This document shows, one piece after another, positions 1-8,782 of a stretch of 41,246 nt of DNA (positions are counted from its first letter, which is position 1; each line of letters starts with the position of its first letter). The position numbers were made by a program, and so were the translations under genes. The DNA comes from Octopus bimaculoides. Its lineage: Eukaryota. The stretch lies in assembly GCF_001194135.2 (NCBI RefSeq), contig NC_068986.1:40095796-40137041 (forward strand), given 5' to 3'. A model generated the notes under the pieces. That model had not been told where the DNA came from, searched no databases, and saw only the letters and a list, made by a program, of their open reading frames with translations.

Positions 1-8
1 ATATATAC

Positions 9-39
<31 letters not shown>

Positions 40-44
40 CGTAC

Positions 45-75
<31 letters not shown>

Positions 76-85
76 CGTACATATA

Positions 86-123
<38 letters not shown>

Positions 124-134
124 CATATATATAT
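1..134. repeat. (AT)n microsatellite with TACGTAC/TACA interruptions
   Basis: Directly visible dinucleotide run. Confidence 0.95.
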
Positions 135-660
135 CATCATCATTATTTAGCATCCATTTTCCATACTAGCATAGGTTGGATGCATCAGGTTCCAGTAGTC
201 TGTTTTGGCATGGTTTCTATGGCTGGATGCCCTTCCTAACACCAACCACTTTACAGAGTGTACTGGGTGCTTTTTATGTGACACCTGCATGGGTGCTTTA
301 TACATGGTACCAGCGCAGGTGCTTTTTATGTGGCACTAGTATGGGTGCTTTTTACATGGCACCAGCACAGTAAAATGTGTATGTGGAACCAGCACCTGTG
401 AGTTCACAAGACAAGGACCTCTCAGCTGAGAGAGGGAGCAGGGTCATAGCTGTAAAGGACATGCCTATATATGTGTGGATGGTCACAATTTTACTTAACT
501 TGATGTGTCTTCTCAAGCACAGCAAATTGCCAGATGTTTTAGCTCCTTGCCATCTCCTCAGTGAGGCCCTGTATCTAAAAGATTCTTTCTCACCACTTTG
601 TCCCACATCTTCCTGGGTCTACCCCTTCCACAATTAGAGGTCAGTACTTCTTTATGCAGC
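135..660 (-). mobile_element. 3' end of an RTE-clade LINE (ORF C-terminus, 3' UTR and (ATG)n tail)
   Basis: Minus strand encodes GRGRPRKMWDKVVRK, homologous to GRPRKTWEEVVKHD of the RTE copy near 15000. It ends in catccaacc-atgctagtatggaaaatggatgctaaat followed by (gat)n, as do the other RTE ends in the window. Confidence 0.85.
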
Positions 661-771
661 GAAAATGTTGGAGACAGAGCAGGAGACTTCAAGGGTGGGG
701 TGGAAGGGGAGATGAAAAGAAGGAGTTGAGATGTTCACAAGAGAGTGAAGTCGTGCCAATACAGTCCTCTG

Positions 772-909
772 GATGGGTTGTCAGTGTGCATGTACCAAAT
801 CCACTCACAAGGCTTTGGTCGATCTGAGGTTATAGTAGAAGACACTTATCCAAGGTACCACAGAGTGGAACTGAACCCGGAAGCAAATTTCTTACCACAC
901 AGCCACGCC
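772..909 (-). mobile_element. tRNA-derived SINE, 5' part
   Basis: Reverse complement of ggcgtggctgtgtggtaag...ccttggataagtgtcttctactataacc...aagccttgtgagtggatttggta; homologous copies at 15717, 17138, 29465 and 35970. Confidence 0.75.
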
Positions 910-1759
910 TATCAAAAAAATGTCCATGAAAATCAGCCTACATCATATAAACATAAAGTTGGGGTTTCTGTGAGTGGCAAGTGATGATTCACAAACTGAA
1001 ATTTCGTAGAATAAACTGCAAAAAGCCTCTCTTACAAAACTGATTCCCAGACTTATTAGTAGATGTTTTCTAAGGTAACAATGCATATCGATTGTACTCA
1101 CATCATATAAAATAATACCAGTCAGAAGGAAAATTAAATGACAACACTCGTCTGTACATGTAAACAAACTAGTAGTCGTTTTGTGTACCAACGTTTATGT
1201 CCTGCACTGGTCCTCAACATTTCATTAGTTTGAAACCAGTGATCGTTTGTGCAATGTTTGTTTAATTGAAAGAAACGAACGATCTATTGTTGTTGGACGC
1301 AGGTAAGACAAGCTTCCTTCGCAAAATGGCTTAACTCACAGTACAATATTTGTTTAATTGACAGATATTCAAACATTCTCTTGTTGGTAGAACAGTCAGT
1401 CATTCATGTTTAAAATGTTCTGATTAGTATTACTCTAGTATAATGTACTCACATGTCTACACAATGGTTGATATGTTGCGAGTAATAACATGCAGTGAAC
1501 TTTGATGTTTAACTTCGAAAGTGTAAATAATGTTGGACGAAAATAGTGAGAGCAATGATTTATCAGAAAGAGACTGGTGGTTTCAACCTGAAATATTTCT
1601 TTTAAAATTTTAAAATTTTCAGAAGCCTAATCTAATTGGTCATCCCCAGATTCAAACCCATTATCTATTTGTTCCAATTCAAATGTCTATTATTATTTCT
1701 TTTATTTGAAACAAATTCTGTTCCATAAAGAATAAATTAATTCAATGAATATCAGTTCT

Positions 1760-2660
1760 AACAATTCTGCCAGCTCACCGCCTTAATATTTCTTTCTACT
1801 TGAGGAACAAGACCTGAAATTTTAGGGGATGTGGTAAGTCGAGTACATCGACCCCAGTCCTTGATTAGTGCTTATTTTATCGACCCCGAAAGGATGAAAG
1901 GCGAAGTTGACGATTTTGAAGTCAGAACGTTAAGACGGATGAAATGCCGTTAAGCATTTTGACCGATGTGTTAACGATTCTGCCAGTTTACCACCTTCAC
2001 TGCCTTAATATTGGTTTCAAATTAAATTCCGCTGAGGTCGATTTTGCCTTTCATCCTTTCAGGGTCGATAAATTAAGTACCAGTTGCGCACTGGGGTCGA
2101 TCTAATCGACTGGTCCCCCTCCCCCAAAAATTCAGGCCTTGTGCCTAGAGTAGAAAAGATATTGGTTTCAAATTAAATTCCACCGAGGTCGACTTTGCCT
2201 TTCATCCTTTCGGGGTCGATTAAATAAGTACCAGTTACGCACTGGAGTCGATGTAATCAACTTAATCCCTTTGTTTGTCCCCACTATGTTTAACCCCTTG
2301 TGGGCAATAAAGAAATAAATACTGGTTTCAAATTTTGGCACAAGGCCAGTAATTTTGGTGGCGGGGCAAAATCGATAACAACGACCCCAGTGCTCAACAA
2401 TTACTTATTTTATCAACCCCGAAAGGATGAAAGGCAAAGTCAACCTCGGCGGAGTTTGTACTCAAAACATAAGAACGGACAAAATACCGCTAAGCATTTT
2501 GCGCGGCATGCTAACGGTTCTGCCAGCTCGCCGCCTTCGCACTGAATTTCAAATTTTGGCACAGGGCCAACAATTTCGGTGGCGGGGCCAAGTCGATTAA
2601 ATGCCGTTAAGCATTTTGTCCGGCGTGTTAACGATTCTGCCAGCTCACTGCCTTGCCACC
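1760..2660. mobile_element. Cluster of about six tRNA-derived SINE copies or fragments in both orientations (Meta-domain-like core)
   Basis: Repeated gtcgactttgcctttcatcctttcggggtcgataaa..agtaccag core and its reverse complement, with head ggcggcgagctggcagaa. The core resembles the MetaSINE domain as recalled; not verified. Confidence 0.8.
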
Positions 2661-2929
2661 TCGATGATATTAATAACTAATTTCATACGGTGATATTTAG
2701 ATAACGACGATCTTTCGCATACAAACATACCTACAAAAACATGACAGCCCAAACCATTAAAACTCATTCTCATCGGAGCAAAAATACATGAAGAAACCCA
2801 TAACCCAACTGTCACAAAATGTAGAACAAACTGTGACACTTACCGTTACTTAATTGAGGGACCAGAACTTAAATTTTTAGATGGTCATGGAAGCGTGGTG
2901 GAAACCATCTAATAACAACTCTGTTCAGA

Positions 2930-3800
2930 AGACTGGGATAATACATATAATGTGCCAGTGAGGGAAAAGTTAGAGACACAACTGAGTAGAATGTTTGAGA
3001 GATGATTTATTGATATGTTAACTTGTGTGTCTGTGTGTGCGTTATTTATGCAGAATAATAGACAGGCCGTCATGAGAACAAAGTGTATGTGTGTATAGGC
3101 ATAGTTGTATGCGTGTGCTACATATAAGAATAACAATGACGGAGAAAGTGAAAGAGCCTATAATGAGAAGTTAGACGAATGTTCATAGACATAAGAATAA
3201 GAGATACCAGTATGTAGTCAATTGTACACGGTAGCTGAAATACTGTACAAGAAGTTGCGGTGATGGTGCAGAGCCGGTGCGGTGCGTGTCGTACGAAGTT
3301 GTAGCTGTAATACTGCTACCTAGGTCACTTCGCAGGTTGTATATTCGCTGTTAACCATGGTAAAGTAATTCACGAACAGTGCTATGTTAGAACCTGTGCA
3401 GTGTTGCTTGAGCAGTGTACGTAGAGAGATTATGTTGACGACGTAAAGAAGATGATGGCGACGACGAAGAAAGAGATTACTGTAATGATGTTGGACGAGT
3501 GTTGTCGTCTGGCGCTGTCACTGTAACTGACTGTGTCTTGTGTGGAGGGTGGCTAAACCTTCGAAGGTCTGGAAACAAAGACTTCAATGTGAGTTTTTAT
3601 AAGAAACAATAGGCTTAAACGGGATTGTGAAAAGGCTGTCTCACGTAATCTTAATTAGAGACTTCGATTGGTTATACGTTGCATATTATCGCGACAGAGT
3701 AAGAGGAAAATTGCGCCAATACCAACCAGAGTAGTGGACACAACGGGGTCCAAATAGCGGCCAAAGGTTAGCTGTTATCTGCTACGTTCGTATGTACGCA
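2930..3800 (-). mobile_element. Possible solo LTR or LTR-like segment
   Basis: CpG-retaining unique block. On the minus strand it has CCAAT (3667-3671), TATAAAA (3595-3601) and AATAAA (3006-3011) in U3-R-U5 order. Termini and TSD are not resolved. Confidence 0.3.
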
Positions 3801-3837
3801 TATATAATAAAGGGGAAAGGAATTTCACTTGAGTGTA

Positions 3838-4175
3838 AGCTACAAATTCAAAGACGGCGAAACCTTCAAAGTTAAATCCAATCTCACCTGCAACACAGAA
3901 AACCTGATCTACTTATTACACGCAATGGTTGCCAACATAATTACATAGGCCAGATGGGCGGATCGTTACGCAACAGAATGACGACTCATCGCCAACAGAT
4001 CCGAGACAAAAACACGAGGAAAATTCCTTTAAACAGTAACATTGCAACCGATGCAGGAATGGACTTACCCAATTTCAAAATCTTTCCTTTCTACAAGTGC
4101 TCAGATCTTTTCAACCAACAACAAAGACTAAATAAAGGCAATTTATTAACAAATATAAGCCACAATTGAATATAA
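3838..4175 (+). pseudogene. Degenerate GIY-YIG endonuclease of a Penelope-like element (5'-truncated)
   Basis: With two frameshifts it reads FKDGETFKVKSNLTCNTENLIYL / ITRNGCQHNYIGQMGGSLRNRMTTHRQQIRD...PNFKIFPFYK...RLNK / FINKYKPQLN, the typical C-terminal PLE endonuclease pattern (IY..CxxC..YIG..R...H..P.LN). Confidence 0.8.
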
Positions 4176-4959
4176 AACTAACCACTACCAATCAATAAAT
4201 AAGAACGGACACTTAAAAAAAATTATACATACTATTGATTTGGAAAATACTTTCCATCACTTCTTAAATCTCTTTTCCAGCACATACACACACAGCTGGA
4301 GACACTCAAAAGAAAACATTGCAATTCAACCCCACACACACCAAAAAGAAGGAAAACATTAATTCTTTAATAGAATTCTTAACAAGACATTTATCACACC
4401 ATACACACACATTAACACACAGTTAGTCACATTCCAAACATATTGAAAGGACATTCAACACAATACACACACACGCACAAAACCCATTCGGTAAATGCTT
4501 TTAAGCCACTCCTTCGGCAGGAACCCACATATCTTTTTACACAATAGGTAACTATACACACCCTCTCTTTCTAACACCTTGAACTCTATTCCAAATTTTC
4601 AACAAACAATATTCAAAGAAGACTTTACGGAAAAACTTCGGACATGTTCTAACCACCAAAGAGAAGATAAATACAAATTTTTATCAATATTTGATAAGAT
4701 GAAATTCATCATCAAAACTGGTAATATATATATATATATATATATANNNNNNNNNNGATCTCTTAAATTTACTTTTGTGCTGTTTTTATCTCCACCCTTT
4801 ATATATATATAAATTTGATTTGTATTGATCTCTAATCTCTTTTCAACTATATATATTTATATAATACACGCACGCACACATACAACCATAAATGTATACA
4901 AACGTTCATACAAAAACACACGAGTGCGTGTGTGACTGACTACAAATACATAGAGCTGA

Positions 4960-5050
4960 ACACGGCGCGCGAAAAGTAAGTAAATAAAAAAAAATTCCGG
5001 AAATTAACGATCAAGGCGAAAGATCGCCCAAATAACTTATATTTCAGATT
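4960..5050 (+). promoter_or_regulatory. Candidate CpG-containing promoter or first-exon patch
   Basis: E2F-like GCGCGAAAA (4967-4975) is directly followed by a GTAAGT donor (4976-4981). ETS-like CCGGAAAT at 4997-5004; TTTCAG acceptor ending at 5047. Confidence 0.3.
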
Positions 5051-6130
5051 TTACCTGTATTTACCTGCAATTAGAGTTGTTTTAAGACAAAAATCCATCA
5101 TAGATTTTATGTTAAAAGCTGTATTGTGTGTGAAGCATTACTTTAAATATTAAGAAATTAAAAGTTAAAGTTGTATGAAACCAGAATAAATTTATGATTT
5201 TTAAATATTTAATTGAAACACCTAGTAGATTTATTTTATTTACCAATATAGAAAGGCAAGTGTTGAGATTTTTAGATGGGGAATAATGAGATTTCATTAT
5301 GATCTGAATACGACATATTTCCCCGAGATCCGTGCGTCTATATATCATACACATTCCCAATTGTTTCCAACCACCAGTGTAACTTAGGACTTATGAAAGC
5401 TTTAAATTACTGAAAATGTATGAAACAAGGGTAAATTAAAAGTCTGAAAACAAGCATGGAGGTTCAGGACAAACTTATGAAGATGCTTTGGACAGAGAAA
5501 GGCTTCGAATATCAAGTGAAATCGGATTACTTTCTAGGGCTTGCCAAAATTGTGACATAAGTTCGTCCGCCTCGTAAGCAAACCGTCAAATACGGTACAT
5601 AAATATTTTTGACAAAAAAAATAGTTCTCTAAAATCATGATAAAATGAATTATTACATTAATTAAATAGTACCTATAAAGTCTCTACTTGCTCAGTATTA
5701 TTGCACGACCAGTTTCTCTGCAATTGACTATATTTTCAGTTTGTATCCTGTTAAAGTGAATATTGAATCGAAAAACATTTTTTTCCCTAACATGGTTCGA
5801 TGCTATGTCTATGTAAAATAAACGTTTGTATTTAAAAATAAATGCATGTGTGATTTGAGGGAAATTTAGTTGCTATTTATAGGATGGTGAGCGACCACAT
5901 TGAGACTCCTTCATTTAATACATGTCTTGCGTTTTTAACTGGAAAAGTGAATGCTGGTGTAGGTGCAAGCTATTGTTCAGCCGAGATAACATCTACCAAA
6001 TATACACCTGTGATTTATAGCAAGATCAATTTGTATCAAATACACAGAATTCTGGATGTATTAACTCGTTCTGTTAAATAAATATTAAAATAAACACATT
6101 TCCAACGAGCCAACAGAGGCTACACTAAAC

Positions 6131-6251
6131 CAGTGGTGAGCAAACTGCGGCTCACAAAACTTTCTAAATGACGAGCCGAGCGAAAAATGACTTTTCGTTT
6201 GATGAGCCATGTCTCATGTGGCCCGCTTCACAAAAAAGATTGCTCATGGTG
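6131..6251. mobile_element. hAT-like MITE relic
   Basis: Starts CAGTGGTGAGCAAACTGCGGC and ends GGCCCGC..AAAAAGATTGCTCATGGTG (degenerate TIR). No clear 8-bp TSD. Confidence 0.4.
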
Positions 6252-6529
6252 ATGCACAAATCGCTCTTGAGTGAAATAACACCTACGTGCATATTCGAAT
6301 CTTCCTACTGATAAGGTTCTGAAAAAAACGCTTTATTCTTAAAGGCCAAAACACTAATTAAATTACTTTTCACTCTCTGTAAGAGGCAAACAAATTTCGC
6401 TTTGTATTTTACTAATGTTTATTCTCTGACATTACTCATGGGTAGGAATACGTATAAACTGATAATCGTTCATACCTTTATTACAGCTGGTTAACATTTA
6501 GTGGTTCATTAGCCCGCTTGTATTGAAGA

Positions 6530-6814
6530 TGTAGTATCGCTGGCCAGCGATTGAGCATGGACGTATTTAAGCTGTCTCTCTACATCTTTCGGACTTACAC
6601 TCGACAGCTCGCTCACAACTACAGAACAACGTCCCAACAACTATGCTCATACACACAGAAGCTGTAACAACAAGAACTAAAGATGTATATATTTACCACC
6701 CAAATAAAGTGTTGTTTAAGTTGATAGTCTGGAGTTCAGCGTTCCGTTATATTCCTTAATTTTATATAGGAAGGTCAGGTATGCATCTAAAGATGTATAA
6801 CCAACTCCACTATA
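6530..6814 (+). repeat. 5' LTR
   Basis: TGTAGTA start, TATTTAA at 6564, AATAAA at 6703, PBS immediately downstream. Confidence 0.8.
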
Positions 6815-6815
6815 C

Positions 6816-6848
6816 TGGTGACCCCCGACGTGATTCGAACACGCAGCC
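6816..6848 (+). promoter_or_regulatory. Primer-binding site 1, complementary to the 3' ~32 nt of tRNA-Trp(CCA) including CCA
   Basis: TGGTGACCCCCGACGTGATTCGAACACGCAGCC versus the reverse complement of metazoan tRNA-Trp as recalled (GGCTGCGTGTTCGAATCACGTCGGGGTCA-CCA): identical except one extra C. Confidence 0.85.
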
Positions 6849-6881
6849 CGCTGAGCTGAAATAACCCACTTTCTACTATAC

Positions 6882-6896
6882 TGGTGACCCCCGACG
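6882..6896 (+). promoter_or_regulatory. Primer-binding site 2 (tRNA-Trp), preceded by a second LTR-end copy
   Basis: ATAACCCACTTTCTACTATAC-TGGTGACCCCCGACG; ATAACCCACTTTC matches the end of the 3' LTR (8505-8517). Confidence 0.8.
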
Positions 6897-8162
6897 AAGA
6901 AAAACGCAGCATGGACTCTGGACTACCAACTTATAACTGGTGTACTCGACTAAAGAACAAATACGGCCATGGAGACTGAACTACATATTACCAACATCTC
7001 CAACCATAGTCAACACGACTCAACAAGAGCGGTTTTTATTCTCGCCTCTGTTAGAGTGGATTTTTCCACTCACGAAAAACAGACAGGAATTACGACCTGC
7101 TTTTTATTATGTTTTTATATGTCGCATTTCACACTCTCACATACACATACATCTTTTATGCCACACAATAACTCTTGTTATTCATTTCATNNNNNNNNNN
7201 NNNNNNNNNNNNNNNNNNNNNNNNNNNNNNNNNNNNNNNNNNNNNNNNNNNNNNNNNNNNNNNNNNNNNNNNNNNNNNNNNNNNNNNNNNNNNNNNNNNN
7301 NNNNNNNNNNNNNNNNNNNNNNNNNNNNNNNNNNNNNNNNNNNNNNNNNNNNNNNNNNNNNNNNNNNNNNNNNNNNNNNNNNNNNNNNNNNNNNNNNNNN
7401 NNNNNNNNNNNNNNNNNNNNNNNNNNNNNNNNNNNNNNNNNNNNNNNNNNNNNNNNNNNNNNNNNNNNNNNNNNNNNNNNNNNNNNNNNNNNNNNNNNNN
7501 NNNNNNNNNNNNNNNNNNNNNNNNNNNNNNNNNNNNNNNNNNNNNNNNNNNNNNNNNNNNNNNNNNNNNNNNNNNNNNNNNNNNNNNNNNNNNNNNNNNN
7601 NNNNNNNNNNNNNNNNNNNNNNNNNNNNNNNNNNNNNNNNNNNNNNNNNNNNNNNNNNNNNNNNNNNNNNNNNNNNNNNNNNNNNNNNNNNNNNNNNNNN
7701 NNNNNNNNNNNNNNNNNNNNNNNNNNNNNNNNNNNNNNNNNNNNNNNNNNNNNNNNNNNNNNNNNNNNNNNNNNNNNNNNNNNNNNNNNNNNNNNNNNNN
7801 NNNNNNNNNNNNNNNNNNNNNNNNNNNNNNNNNNNNNNNNNNNNNNNNNNNNNNNNNNNNNNNNNNNNNNNNNNNNNNNNNNNNNNNNNNNNNNNNNNNN
7901 NNNNNNNNNNNNNNNNNNNNNNNNNNNNNNNNNNNNNNNNNNNNNNNNNNNNNNNNNNNNNNNNNNNNNNNNNNNNNNNNNNNNNNNNNNNNNNNNNNNN
8001 NNNNNNNNNNNNNNNNNNNNNNNNNNNNNNNNNNNNNNNNNNNNNNNNNNNNNNNNNNNNNNNNNNNNNNNNNNNNNNNNNNNNNNNNNNNNNNNNNNNN
8101 NNNNNNNNNNNNNNNNNNNNNNNNNNNNNNNNNNNNNNNNNNNNNNNNNNNNNNNNNNNNNN

Positions 8163-8517
8163 GTAGTAACGCCGTGCGCATGCGTAGTCTTACGCATGCG
8201 TAGAATTAAACAACCAAGCGTTCCCGCTCAATTCATTCTCTTTCTCGCTGGCCAGCGATTGAGCATGGACGTATTTAAGCTGTCTCTCTACATCTTTCGG
8301 ACTTACACTCGACAGCTCGCTCACAACTACAGAACAACGTCCCAACAACTATGCTCATACACACAGAAGCTGTAACAACAAGAACTAAAGATGTATATAT
8401 TTACCACCTAAATAAAGTGTTGTTTAAGTTGATAGTCTGGAGTTCAGCGTTCCGTTATATTCCTTAATTTTATATAGGAAAGTCAGGTATACATCTAATG
8501 ATGTATAACCCACTTTC
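8163..8517 (+). repeat. 3' LTR (76 bp longer in U3, terminal TACTACA missing)
   Basis: GTAGTA right after the gap, then 8169-8244 absent from the 5' LTR, then a near-identical copy of 6537-6802. Confidence 0.8.
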
Positions 8518-8570
8518 CTGTAAAGATTTTAAATTGCATAAAATAACTCTTACAGTTGTTTATAATAATA

Positions 8571-8782
8571 GCTTCAAATTTTGGCACAAGGCCAATAGTT
8601 TCGTGGGAGGAGCTAAGTCAGTCACACTTACTCCAGTACTTAACTGGTACTAATTTTATCGACCCCAAAAGGATGAAAGGCAAAGTCGACCTCGGCAGAA
8701 TTTGAACTCAGAACGTGCAGACAGATGAAATGCTGCTAAGCATTTTGCCTGGAGTACTAACGATTCTGCGAGCCTGCCGCCT
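8571..8782 (-). mobile_element. tRNA-derived SINE (Meta-like core family)
   Basis: Full-length reverse complement homologous to 34487-34721 and 2320-2540. Confidence 0.8.

Larger units (their letters stand above)
6530..8517 (+). mobile_element. LTR retroelement: two LTRs, tRNA-Trp PBS, internal part mostly hidden in a 972-N gap
   Basis: Direct repeats 6537-6802 and 8245-8510 (266 bp, 4 substitutions by eye). Both start (T)GTAGTA; the 5' LTR ends in ACTATA (inverted partner TACTACA) and is followed by TGGTGACCCCCGACG. Internal TATTTAA and AATAAA (6703-6708). Confidence 0.85.

Noticed and set aside
6816-6848. Possible tRNA-Trp gene on the minus strand
   Set aside because: Only the 3' ~33 nt including CCA are present, with no anticodon or D arm; position after an LTR identifies it as a PBS.
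6940-8375. ORFs of 336-468 aa in the supplied track
   Set aside because: They consist almost entirely of X residues from the 972-N gap; the flanking residues show no gag or pol motifs.
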